A DNA stretch of 32,000 bases from Candidatus Heimdallarchaeota archaeon (GTDB lineage: Archaea > Asgardarchaeota > Heimdallarchaeia > Heimdallarchaeales > Kariarchaeaceae), in the NCBI GenBank assembly GCA_030149205.1, contig JASBSB010000001.1:60001-92000 (forward strand). Direction: 5' to 3'. Shown here in pieces: positions 9,440 through 18,580 of the stretch; within the stretch, counting starts at the first letter, position 1; each line of letters opens with the position of its first letter. The notes beneath the pieces were generated by a model, which was not told the DNA's origin, searched no databases, and worked only from the letters and a program-made list of their open reading frames with translations. The translations under genes were made by a program, and so were the position numbers.

Positions 9440-10087
9440 TTAATCCACATATTTATTTTTAATCTGCTTGGAAAGATTGAGTTGTTGAACTATTGAAATT
9501 ACCACCATTGCTAAATTTTCGGTAACATCAATTGAACCTTCTAGTAAAGCGTCTATTGACTGTTCAAAGCTAAACCTCCTACTCTCATTCTCAGGGATGA
9601 TTGAGAACAGGTATTTTTGAAATCCTCTGTGAATTTCATCTGCTTGATTTTCCAACTTTTGAATCTCTTCAATGATGACTTGAAACGATTCTGAAGGTGT
9701 TGATATATATTTCATAATTTTTTCTATCATCTTAATCAGTATTTGATGCATTTCAAGAGTATGAGACTCTAAATCAGAGGACAGGGGATAGAGGTCAATT
9801 TTGTGTAAGAAAGATTGATAAAGATCTAAAAGTTTGTTTAGTTGACTAATTAATGAGAGGAGGTCAAGTTTATCAATTGATGAAAATATTCCTTCACTCA
9901 AATTTATTGTCAATAACCTTTTTATTTCATCATTTTTGGATTCAATTTCTCTGATCTCCTCGTAAATCATTTGAAGGTTGTTTTCTGAGAAGGTTGCAAT
10001 AAATATTTTGGATTGCTCAATAATGTTTGATAGGAGAATATTGGTAATCTCGAGTACTTGACTGTGCTTTACCTCATCTGAATTCAT
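9440..10087 (-). CDS. DUF47 family (PhoU-like phosphate transport regulator)
   Basis: Two helical repeats, EIREIESKNDEIKR and IQKLENQADEIHR, about 215 aa. Overlaps the upstream gene by 4 nt. Confidence 0.75.
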   Translation of the reverse strand: MNSDEVKHSQVLEITNILLSNIIEQSKIFIATFSENNLQMIYEEIREIESKNDEIKRLLTINLSEGIFSSIDKLDLLSLISQLNKLLDLYQSFLHKIDLYPLSSDLESHTLEMHQILIKMIEKIMKYISTPSESFQVIIEEIQKLENQADEIHRGFQKYLFSIIPENESRRFSFEQSIDALLEGSIDVTENLAMVVISIVQQLNLSKQIKNKYVD

Positions 10088-10377
10088 ACGGTATATACCT
10101 CCTGAATGGTAATTAAGCCCTTATTGTCAACAAGTTGTTTTAATTCAGAGATCAGAGATTTTATCTGCTGGGGTTCTCCTATGATTTCAATAATTTGAGG
10201 TAGTTCTGGGGTTCGTGCTAAAATGTGAAACTCATATTCATGTTCACCTAGACCATAGAGGGTTTGGATTACTGAAGCCCCAACTATCTCTCGGGATTTA
10301 CAAAGCTCAATAACCTCCTTAACTGTTTTTCGAGATTTTCCTGGCAATCGAATCAGCACCTGTAACAGTTTTTTCAT
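10084..10377 (-). CDS. DUF190 family PII-like protein
   Basis: GASVIQTLYGLG and LPQIIEIIG, 97 aa, directly after crcB (a known DUF190 context). Confidence 0.82.
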   Translation of the reverse strand: MKKLLQVLIRLPGKSRKTVKEVIELCKSREIVGASVIQTLYGLGEHEYEFHILARTPELPQIIEIIGEPQQIKSLISELKQLVDNKGLITIQEVYTV

Positions 10378-10769
10378 AATCCACTCACCTGTTTCACATA
10401 AATATTGCCAAGAATTTGTCCTGAATAGCCCCCTACAAAGGCAAAAACCAATGTCAGGATTAGATTACTGAGTGCTAAAGTCGATGACTCATTACCCAAT
10501 CTTAAGGTCTCGACAACAAAAGTCGACATTGTAGTAAAACTACCCATAAATCCAGTCCCAAGTAACAGTAACCAAGAATTATCCAAGAAATTGTAAAATT
10601 GTAGTGTAACCAAGAAACCTAAAAAAAAGGAACCAAGTACATTTACTGTCAGGGTTCCCGCGGGTATGGCAAGAAAGCTTTTGAGTTGTACTGAGAGAAT
10701 GTATCTACTCAAGGCTCCAAAGACAGCTCCTATTGCAACTAACAACAGAGGGTTAAATTTATCAATCAT
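10374..10769 (-). CDS. crcB: Fluoride channel Fluc/CrcB
   Basis: GAVFGALSRY, GTLTVNVLGSF and GFMGSFTTMSTF, four TM helices. Confidence 0.93.
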   Translation of the reverse strand: MIDKFNPLLLVAIGAVFGALSRYILSVQLKSFLAIPAGTLTVNVLGSFFLGFLVTLQFYNFLDNSWLLLLGTGFMGSFTTMSTFVVETLRLGNESSTLALSNLILTLVFAFVGGYSGQILGNIYVKQVSGL

Positions 10770-10835
10770 TGATTTTGCTTAGAAACGAATACAAAAATAT
10801 TATCGTTTTACATCATTAACTAATGAATTGATTCT

Positions 10836-13046
10836 TTAAATTTTACGAAGCGCGTTGATTATCATTTTTTGTGATTGATAAGAAAATTTTGTCCATAAGC
10901 TTGGATTTTTGATGATTTTGTAATTGTATGTGCTTGGACATAACCCAAATTTTTGGGTCACTTCTGAGCATACACCACAACCAACACAAGTCGGTAACAT
11001 CTCACGAATAAAACCTTCCTTTAATGGGTTAGGTGAAGGTATTTTACCTTCTGATGGGCACCCAACATATTCAGAACAGGGCCAACAACCAGAACAAAGT
11101 CTAGGGTCTACTTGTACCTTTGGAATTTCTACCTGTTTTCCCATCTTTAAACGTTTTGAGTTTTCCTTACGAATGGTTCTTTGTTTCTCCAACATACATT
11201 CTCCATCAGAAATTATTATTTTTAACCCGGGAACCTTTAGAGCATCACTTATTGTTTTTTTCATTTTGAGGATATCATAAGAAGGGATTGTTTTCACCCA
11301 TCTTGCTCCATGTGTTTTAAACAAGTTTGTGAGATTGACCCGTTCCACAACTTCCCCTCTCATATTCACCCCTTGTGTTGAATTTCTCGGTTCATTTAAT
11401 GTCATTGGATTTGCCTGATCACCAGTCATAGCAGTGTGATAATTTAGCAACAAGAATACTAACACATTAGCCTTTTTCTTGTCAAGATTGTTTGATTGAT
11501 AAATCTGGTTTAGGTTGTTGTGAATAGCGTTATCAATATTTCTCAACCCACTATGAAATAATGTTCCATCACCAAGTACAACAATAATTGGCTTATCATA
11601 GAGATTTGCCATCCCCATTCCAACATCTAAAGCTGAACCCATTCCAGTACAAGAGTCTGACATGTTAAAAGGCGAGAGCTTTGCCATTGTGTAACAGCCG
11701 ATATCAATCAAGCGAATAAACCGTGTGTTCATCTCTTCTTCCGTTCTCTTGAGTGCTGAAAAAACAGGTCTCTCTGGACAACCAGTACAAAAAGATGGAG
11801 AACGTGGGATCCAGTTAGTCATTATGTCACTTGCTATCTTTTCATTAATCTCCTCTCTTTCATCAAGAAATCCACGAATATATGAAATCTGAGGGAGTGA
11901 AGTCTGCTCTAAAAAGAAAGCTGCAACTGGAGACAACAACACATCATAGTTCAATGCCTCTGTTAATGGTATATATCCTTCTCCTGATTCTCGATTTTTC
12001 CCATAAATTTCAATGTCTAATTTCGAATCAAAAGCAATTGTCTTGATTTCTCTTTCAATTATGTTAGGTTCTCCTTGTTCAACAATTAGTATCTTGTCTT
12101 TCCCAATCAAAAATGCTTTAATCTCTTCTGGGTCTAAGGGGAACAAAACATTAAGTGTTAACAGGTCAACAGCAACATCACCAAAAAGATTTCCAAGTTT
12201 CAGATCGCTTAACACCGTCATCAAACTATTGAAAAGACCACCTTGAGTGATTATCCCGATGTTTTGGCTATGATACCCAGATTTTGAAACGTTAAGTTTG
12301 TTTTTACGAATATATTCAATTGCCTTTGGAAGTCTCTCATGATACTTTTCTTTCGCATGAACCAAGGTATCAGGTGGAATTGGCACCCTTGAACTCTCAG
12401 GAAGAAATTCTGGAGATTTGTTTAGATTTGAAATTTTAGGAATTTGATTGTTAGAAACAGGTGCAGTTCCTATCATATTGCTACTTAGAGATCGAAAGAG
12501 CAGCATCACTGGTTGATTACAATATTCTGAAAGTTCAAATGCTTTTTTTGTAAGATAATGTATGCTTTTAGGTGAGGCAATTGGATCTATAATAGGTAAC
12601 AAAAACCCGCTAGCATAAATTAGACTTTTCATTTGAACTGTGGTTGAAATACATTCTTCATCCTCACCTATCAAAACTACAGAGCCCCCTTTTACTCCAC
12701 TTGATGAAATATGAGCAAGGACGTCAGAAGCAACGTTTGTTCCAACTACCTTCCAATTCACGAATCCTCTTATCTTTTCATTTATTGAGAGATAGAGTTT
12801 GGTTGCTGCAGCCGCCTCATTTGTCGATGATTCAAAATAAATTCCTGACTTTCTAAGAATCATATCGTTAGAATCTGCCAGAAGATCCATTACATTTGAG
12901 GTAGGTGCACCTGGATAACCTGCTGCAAAACTAATCCCAGATTCCAGACAGGCTTTAAGAAAAAACATCCCCATATCCCCAGTCATGCTATTACCGTCAC
13001 CCAACATCAATTGATTAATGTCATCTTCAGTGTAGCTTCTTCCCAT
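10836..13046 (-). CDS. iorA: Indolepyruvate:ferredoxin oxidoreductase alpha subunit
   Basis: GYPGAP, NEAAA, PSFCTGCPERP, DIGCY, TPP motif GDGTLFHSG...NYHTAMTG, and C-terminal ferredoxin-like CSGCWPC..GCP and CVGCGVC..CP. Confidence 0.9.
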   Translation of the reverse strand: MGRSYTEDDINQLMLGDGNSMTGDMGMFFLKACLESGISFAAGYPGAPTSNVMDLLADSNDMILRKSGIYFESSTNEAAAATKLYLSINEKIRGFVNWKVVGTNVASDVLAHISSSGVKGGSVVLIGEDEECISTTVQMKSLIYASGFLLPIIDPIASPKSIHYLTKKAFELSEYCNQPVMLLFRSLSSNMIGTAPVSNNQIPKISNLNKSPEFLPESSRVPIPPDTLVHAKEKYHERLPKAIEYIRKNKLNVSKSGYHSQNIGIITQGGLFNSLMTVLSDLKLGNLFGDVAVDLLTLNVLFPLDPEEIKAFLIGKDKILIVEQGEPNIIEREIKTIAFDSKLDIEIYGKNRESGEGYIPLTEALNYDVLLSPVAAFFLEQTSLPQISYIRGFLDEREEINEKIASDIMTNWIPRSPSFCTGCPERPVFSALKRTEEEMNTRFIRLIDIGCYTMAKLSPFNMSDSCTGMGSALDVGMGMANLYDKPIIVVLGDGTLFHSGLRNIDNAIHNNLNQIYQSNNLDKKKANVLVFLLLNYHTAMTGDQANPMTLNEPRNSTQGVNMRGEVVERVNLTNLFKTHGARWVKTIPSYDILKMKKTISDALKVPGLKIIISDGECMLEKQRTIRKENSKRLKMGKQVEIPKVQVDPRLCSGCWPCSEYVGCPSEGKIPSPNPLKEGFIREMLPTCVGCGVCSEVTQKFGLCPSTYNYKIIKNPSLWTKFSYQSQKMIINALRKI

Positions 13047-13208
13047 TAATTCTCTTATGATTTGTGTAAATTAAAGGTTATTCACTTTAGAGTCTTTGAT
13101 TGAGAACATTCACTATGAGAAATGAAGTTTAAAGCGACTAAAAAATCAAAAGCCATAGTTGAATTTTAAGAAATCTATAATAAGATAGGAATTTAGTTTA
13201 GTCTGAAA

Positions 13209-14171
13209 GTGTCTAAAAAATTCCGCTATGTCGACTTATTTTGTGGTGGTGGTGGTGCATCAGAAGGATATCATCGCGCAGGATTTGAATCGATCTACGC
13301 GATTGATAGGGAAAAATATTGTGTTAAAACTTACAACAAGAATTTTGAGAAAGTCGCAAGAATTGGAAATGTTTCAACAATTCATGGTTTAGAAATACTT
13401 AACGAAATTAGAGAAGAGCCCTTTTTGGTCCATGCCTCACCACCTTGTGAGCCTTACACTGCAGCAAATTCCAAGAGGATTAAAAACCCCTATTTTAGAA
13501 TGTTTGATGATCCTGTGGGAAGGTTGATGATAGATTCTATTCGTATAATAAGTGATCTTAGACCCAAATACTATGTTATTGAAAATGTATTAGGTATTCT
13601 AGATGGAGCGAATAAAGAGCTTCTGAAAGATGAGTTCAGAAGATATAATTTGCCCGAACCAGTATTTAATATTATTAATGCAGTGGAGTGGGGGGTGCCT
13701 TCTAAAAGAACGAGAGTGTTTATCTCAAACCTCAAACTCAGGAACCCAAGAATGAAAAGTATATCAGTTGGAAAAGTGTTGAGAAATATTGTGGACCCAC
13801 GATACCCAAATGAATTTGATGATCATTTCTATGTTCCTATTCCAGAAAAACATCTTACAAAATCATTCCGGATGAATAGGGGGCAAGCCCTTGTTTACTT
13901 TCAAGGGGCAAAAGCACAACAAGGTAACTTCAAACTTTTAGATTATAGAAAAGTAGCGGATGTAGTTATGGGTAAATCAAAGTTTATTCACCCTGAGGGA
14001 ATGAGACTTTTGTCCCCGAGAGAAAATGCAAAGCTGATGTCTTTTGGAGACACCCATAAATTTTTGGGGAATGTTGAACAGATTTATGATATGGTTGGTG
14101 AGGCAGTTCCCCCAAATATAACCTATCAAATCGGTAGACAATTGATAGAGGATTTTGAGAAGAATTTCTGA
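13209..14171 (+). CDS. C5 cytosine methyltransferase (orphan)
   Basis: Motif I DLFCGGGG, IV SPPCEPY, VI ENV, VIII KRTRVF, IX SPRENAKLMSF and X GEAVPP. Confidence 0.92.
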   Translation: MSKKFRYVDLFCGGGGASEGYHRAGFESIYAIDREKYCVKTYNKNFEKVARIGNVSTIHGLEILNEIREEPFLVHASPPCEPYTAANSKRIKNPYFRMFDDPVGRLMIDSIRIISDLRPKYYVIENVLGILDGANKELLKDEFRRYNLPEPVFNIINAVEWGVPSKRTRVFISNLKLRNPRMKSISVGKVLRNIVDPRYPNEFDDHFYVPIPEKHLTKSFRMNRGQALVYFQGAKAQQGNFKLLDYRKVADVVMGKSKFIHPEGMRLLSPRENAKLMSFGDTHKFLGNVEQIYDMVGEAVPPNITYQIGRQLIEDFEKNF

Positions 14172-14567
14172 TTATTGGTCATATAATATATAAAAAATTC
14201 CTGAAATTATAAGTGCTATTGCACTTAAGGTGTTGATTCCAAAAGAATCGGTCAACGGGGTAAATCCTAACAAACCTACGATCAGCCAGAGTACACCCCT
14301 GTTAATTGCCTTCTTAAGCATTCTAATATCATACTTCCCAACTTCAATAGATAGGATAAATAAACCCACGAGTAAAGTAACCAGAGAAGGAAAAATAAGG
14401 AATATATTTCCTGTAATCGAGAGCAAAAAGGACAAAAGTCCTGTGAAGCTTAATAAAATTGAACCTATAACTCCAGCAACCTGAGCATAGATAGCATATC
14501 TTGGGTCTTTAGCTCTTAACTTGATTGTGGGTGTACCTATTAACCTTGTCATATCTCTTAATATCAA
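14172..14567 (-). CDS. Four-TM membrane protein, possibly COPI-associated/Tvp15-like
   Basis: Four hydrophobic segments, with ILSIE at the end of TM2, NRGVLWLIVG at the start of TM3 and SGIFYIL at the end of TM4. The CDS is credible; the family call is inference. Start is TTG at 14567 or ATG at 14552. Confidence 0.6.
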   Translation of the reverse strand: MILRDMTRLIGTPTIKLRAKDPRYAIYAQVAGVIGSILLSFTGLLSFLLSITGNIFLIFPSLVTLLVGLFILSIEVGKYDIRMLKKAINRGVLWLIVGLLGFTPLTDSFGINTLSAIALIISGIFYILYDQ

Positions 14568-14663
14568 AAATACCTAATTAAGTTTTATTAGAATTTTGTT
14601 AGAATAGTTAATAATTTTTAGAATCTCTTTCAACTTATATTTCGAGTTTAGTTTGATACATTA

Positions 14664-14828
14664 CTATTTGATGTTAAATTTCTTTGGTCGAAGATTTGTT
14701 GATCTACATCTCTTCTTTCTACAACGTCTTGCACCTATTGGATTAGTTGCGTAACAAGACCTGCATACCCATTTGTCAATTAACACACTTCTAGCAATTT
14801 CTCTGTGTTCTGGATTTGCTACTGGCAC
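14664..14828 (-). CDS. rpl40e: 50S ribosomal protein L40e (54 aa, absent from the ORF track)
   Basis: Hand translation gives MPVANPEHREIARSVLIDKWVCRSCYATNPIGARRCRKKRCRSTNLRPKKFNIK*. GTG start, SD AGGTG 6 nt upstream, four Cys and NLRPKK. Confidence 0.95.
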   Translation of the reverse strand: MPVANPEHREIARSVLIDKWVCRSCYATNPIGARRCRKKRCRSTNLRPKKFNIK

Positions 14829-14861
14829 AATTTACACCTATAAGTTTTCTTTATTATTAGC

Positions 14862-14869
14862 TATTAAAA
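14862..14869 (-). promoter_or_regulatory. Putative TATA box (TTTTAATA) of rpl40e
   Basis: Position would place a TSS just upstream of the SD at 14835-14839. Confidence 0.35.
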
Positions 14870-14910
14870 GGTCTTGTAAAGTTACAGTAAACAAACAATG
14901 AAACTTACCC

Positions 14911-16698
14911 TTAATTTGAAACCTTCATAAGTCTGTGTACTTGCTTTTTATAGAGTGAATAGTATTTGCCCTTCTGATCTATCAATGATCTATGAGACCC
15001 TTCTTCAATGACTCTACCACCATCAATGACTAAAATGTGATCAGCATTCCGGATGGTTGATAATCTATGTGCGATTATTATGGCAGTCTTGTCCTTAAAG
15101 ACCACACTTAATGCTTCATGGATTTTAAACTCTGAAATGGAGTCAAGTGAACTAGTTGCTTCATCCATAAGTATAATGGGAGGATTTTTCAATATCACCC
15201 TGCAAAACGAAACAAGCTGTCTTTGACCCATTGAAAAGAGGTTACTTTTTGAGGTGATTTGTGTATTGTAACCATTGGGAAGTTTAGAGATCAAATTATG
15301 CAAACCTACTAATTTCGCAATCTGAATCACTTGATCTTCTTCAATAGCAGGCGAACCATACTTGAGATTTTCAAGGACTGATAAATTGAAGAGTTTAGGT
15401 GTTTGTGTTATAAAGCCAATATGGCTTCTAAGTTCTGTTCTATCAAATAAACTTATATCTTGACCATCTATTAAGATTTTTCCAGTATTGATGGAATAAA
15501 ACCTTGAGATAAGCTTAACCAGTGTTGATTTGCCTGCTCCAGTCTCTCCAACTATTGCCGTAATATTTTTTCCTTCAAACTTAGTCGAGAAATTCTGATA
15601 AATTGTAACCTTTTTGTCATAGGAGAAGGACACAGAGTCAAATAAAATTTCACCTTTGGTAATTATAAGGTTTTTCCCATTATTGGGGTCTGTAATCTCT
15701 GGTTCCTCTTCCATAAATTCATATATTCTTTCCAGAGATGCAAAGGCAGCTTGGTAACTGCTATAAAAGGTTGTCAAGAAGATAACCGAACCGAAGAATT
15801 TATTCAGGTATGAATAAAATAAAGCGAGGACACCTGCAGTATAAATATCCATATTATATCCAACAAAGATGAAGATTAACGCAGTGCCAATTGAACCAAA
15901 AAGTGTCATTAAAGGAGATAAAAGGGAAAACATACTGGTCGCCTTGAGCGCACTTTGATAATTTTCCTTGTTAACCTGCTCAAATGATTTAGCTACCTTT
16001 TTCTCAGTTGCAAAATTCTTAGTTTCTTTGATTCCTGAGATATTTTCTGCAACACTTGATGTAACTTTTGAGATATCCTTTCTTCTTTTCATTGATATTC
16101 TTCTCAATGGCCCAACTAAGAAAATGCCTAACAGAACAAACAAGGGAATCATACTGGCGCTAATTAAGGTAAGGGTAAGATCAACACTTAACATGATAAG
16201 TAAGATGCCAATTAGTTGGAGAAACACATTTACAATGTCAATCAGATTTAACCCAAGAAAGTTTGAAACACTATTCACATCATTGGTAATTCGAGAGTTT
16301 ATTTCACCAGATTTATGTTTATCAAAGTAACTCTGAGTATGGTTGAGTAGCTTAGCAAACATTTTATCTTTAATCTCTAGCGTAGAGCTCTCCCCAATAT
16401 TGACAATTGTGAGTTGAGCTGTGAATGACAAAATCCAACTAATGATGAAGACTATAATCATCAATATCGCATCTCTGTTAATGATGGAAAGATTCTTTCC
16501 ACTAACTCCTTGATCTAAAATTTGTTTCAGGAAAAGTTCAGGTAGGAGATTGACAAAAGTGGAGATAGTGATCAAAACCCAGGCGAAAATAATCAGTCGT
16601 TTCCTAGGTAACAACACATTAAATCCAAATTTTATAAGCTTCCGATCTGATATTCTTCGGGGTTCATTGGAAACCTCTACTCTAAACCCATGTCTCAA
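14911..16698 (-). CDS. Heterodimeric ABC exporter, TMD-NBD half (TM288-like: canonical Walker B/H-loop, degenerate signature)
   Basis: GETGAGKST, signature FSMGQ, LMDEATSSLD and IAHR. TTG start with GGAGGTG SD. Confidence 0.92.
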   Translation of the reverse strand: MRHGFRVEVSNEPRRISDRKLIKFGFNVLLPRKRLIIFAWVLITISTFVNLLPELFLKQILDQGVSGKNLSIINRDAILMIIVFIISWILSFTAQLTIVNIGESSTLEIKDKMFAKLLNHTQSYFDKHKSGEINSRITNDVNSVSNFLGLNLIDIVNVFLQLIGILLIMLSVDLTLTLISASMIPLFVLLGIFLVGPLRRISMKRRKDISKVTSSVAENISGIKETKNFATEKKVAKSFEQVNKENYQSALKATSMFSLLSPLMTLFGSIGTALIFIFVGYNMDIYTAGVLALFYSYLNKFFGSVIFLTTFYSSYQAAFASLERIYEFMEEEPEITDPNNGKNLIITKGEILFDSVSFSYDKKVTIYQNFSTKFEGKNITAIVGETGAGKSTLVKLISRFYSINTGKILIDGQDISLFDRTELRSHIGFITQTPKLFNLSVLENLKYGSPAIEEDQVIQIAKLVGLHNLISKLPNGYNTQITSKSNLFSMGQRQLVSFCRVILKNPPIILMDEATSSLDSISEFKIHEALSVVFKDKTAIIIAHRLSTIRNADHILVIDGGRVIEEGSHRSLIDQKGKYYSLYKKQVHRLMKVSN

Positions 16699-16700
16699 AT

Positions 16701-18473
16701 TTATTGCACCTCCTCTTCAACAACCATACTATCGAGACGTTGTAATGAGTAGATCTTTCGATAAAGACCCTCGCTGTTTAGCAGTTCTGATGGATTACCC
16801 TGTTCTATGATCTCTCCCTGATCAAGGAGACACACGTAATCAGCGTATCGAACGGAAGATATCTTCTGACTAATTATTATCATTGTAACTTTGTATTCTA
16901 ATTTTTGTAACTCTTCTTGTATAATTAATTCAGTTCCAGCATCTAGTGATGAGGTACTGTCGTCAAAAATAATGATTTTTGGTCGAGAAAGGAGAGCTCT
17001 GGCGATAGATAATCTTTGTTGTTGGCCTCCAGAAAGGGTAATTCCTCGTTCGCCGATAATTGTGTCATAAGCCTCGGGTAATGAGGAAATAAATTTGTGA
17101 ATTTGAGCTATTTTTGTGTATTTTACAACTTCATCCATTGATACATTTTGGTTGCTGAAAAGTAAATTTTCAAGAATAGACTTGTTAAACAAGAAGTTTT
17201 CTTGATTAACGATAGAAATATTCTGACGTAAGGTTTTAAGGCTGTAATCTCTTATGTTTACACCATTTATCAAGATAGACCCCTCCTGTGGGTCTTGAAA
17301 TCTTGGTAACAGATTTATTAACGTGGTTTTACCAGAACCAGAAGAACCAAGAATTCCATTCACGGTTTCTCCTTTAAATTTAAGGGTTATATCACTTAGA
17401 ATTTTTCGCTCCTTAATAGTCACCGTGACTTTGTTATAAGTTATCTCTTTAATTTCACCCATTTGAGTTAATGGGTTCTCTTTATCTCTAATGTCAACGT
17501 CTGAATACAGGATGTCAAACACCCTGTCTGCGGATACTTGAACTGAATTGACACCTGAGATAAAATTTCCAAACAATCTTGTTGGAGTTCTTAATTGAAT
17601 CATCAGTAAATTTAAGCTGACTATTTGTCCAATTGTAAGACCCGTTAATGGGTTTGTGACAATTTCTACAGACCCAAACCAGATGATCGCTACACCAGCA
17701 ACAGAAACCAAAACCGTGGCGAGAGGTAAAGTAGATCCTCTTATTAATAAAGATTTAACAGCCAAATCTCGATACAATTTGTTTTCATCATGAAATCGAT
17801 CCAATTCATATTTTTCCATCGTAAAAGCCTGCACAATATCAACATTTGCAACTTTCTCCTGAATATGTGTAGATACCCTATCAAGAGTTTTTCGCCTCTC
17901 TTTGATTATAGGTCGAACTTTTCTACCATAAACCCAAGAAATTAGAAACAAAAAGGGGACTAAAACCAGATAAAACAAAATCAGAAGTGGTAGGGTTAAA
18001 TAAATTATCACACCAATAGAGAAATAATAGTAGATAGCAGAGATACCCAACCTAAAATCTCGTGATAAGTATGATTTTATTACATCTAAATCAGCAGTCA
18101 TTCTTGATAAAATGTTTCCCTCTGACCGACTTTGTATGAACGTTAAAGAATGAGATTGCAGTTTTTGAAATAGTTGGTTTCGAAGTTTATACATTGAAAG
18201 TTCCCCTCCCTTCTCGTTGAAATATCGGTTTCCAAAATCAAATAAACCTTTAAGCACGGTTACGCCTAATAGAGAAATGACAATAGCCCAAAGTTCATTA
18301 GCTCTGTGATTAACCACAATTGAATCAATAAACCAACCAACAATTACTGGGATCAACAAACCTAACTGAACCCCCAGAATCATAGATAAAACACCTACAC
18401 TAAAGAATTTAATCTGAGGTTTCGCAATTCGAAACACTCTTCGTTGAGTGGAGAGGAATTTTTGGAAATCCAA
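16701..18473 (-). CDS. Heterodimeric ABC exporter, TMD-NBD half (TM287-like: degenerate Walker B/H-loop)
   Basis: GSSGSGKTT, LSGGQ, FDDSTSSLD (Asp for the catalytic Glu) and ISQK (Gln for His). Ends 2 nt before its partner. Confidence 0.92.
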   Translation of the reverse strand: MDFQKFLSTQRRVFRIAKPQIKFFSVGVLSMILGVQLGLLIPVIVGWFIDSIVVNHRANELWAIVISLLGVTVLKGLFDFGNRYFNEKGGELSMYKLRNQLFQKLQSHSLTFIQSRSEGNILSRMTADLDVIKSYLSRDFRLGISAIYYYFSIGVIIYLTLPLLILFYLVLVPFLFLISWVYGRKVRPIIKERRKTLDRVSTHIQEKVANVDIVQAFTMEKYELDRFHDENKLYRDLAVKSLLIRGSTLPLATVLVSVAGVAIIWFGSVEIVTNPLTGLTIGQIVSLNLLMIQLRTPTRLFGNFISGVNSVQVSADRVFDILYSDVDIRDKENPLTQMGEIKEITYNKVTVTIKERKILSDITLKFKGETVNGILGSSGSGKTTLINLLPRFQDPQEGSILINGVNIRDYSLKTLRQNISIVNQENFLFNKSILENLLFSNQNVSMDEVVKYTKIAQIHKFISSLPEAYDTIIGERGITLSGGQQQRLSIARALLSRPKIIIFDDSTSSLDAGTELIIQEELQKLEYKVTMIIISQKISSVRYADYVCLLDQGEIIEQGNPSELLNSEGLYRKIYSLQRLDSMVVEEEVQ

Positions 18474-18580
18474 CAGTTAATTATGATTAAAGTTAATTTA
18501 AGCTTGAAGTAAGTGTCAATTTTAAATTTTAATATCTAAACTAAATCAATTTACTAACATTAATCCAAAAATTAATCCCT

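Noticed and set aside
10770-10835. Fluoride riboswitch upstream of crcB
   Set aside because: The 66-nt gap is very AT-rich and I could not find the GATGG...GCTGATGAC pseudoknot consensus.
14172-14567. Asterix (PAT10), the partner of CCDC47
   Set aside because: It lacks the Asterix features I recall (KW.AW, SFAN) and fits the COPI_assoc pattern better. No Asterix-like ORF was found next to the CCDC47-like gene.
13047-14663. Restriction-modification system around the C5 methyltransferase
   Set aside because: Flanking genes are IorA and a small membrane protein. No PD-(D/E)xK or HNH nuclease motif was seen.
14829-14910. Ubiquitin-L40 fusion
   Set aside because: There is an in-frame TAA two codons upstream of the GTG and only 82 nt to the next gene.
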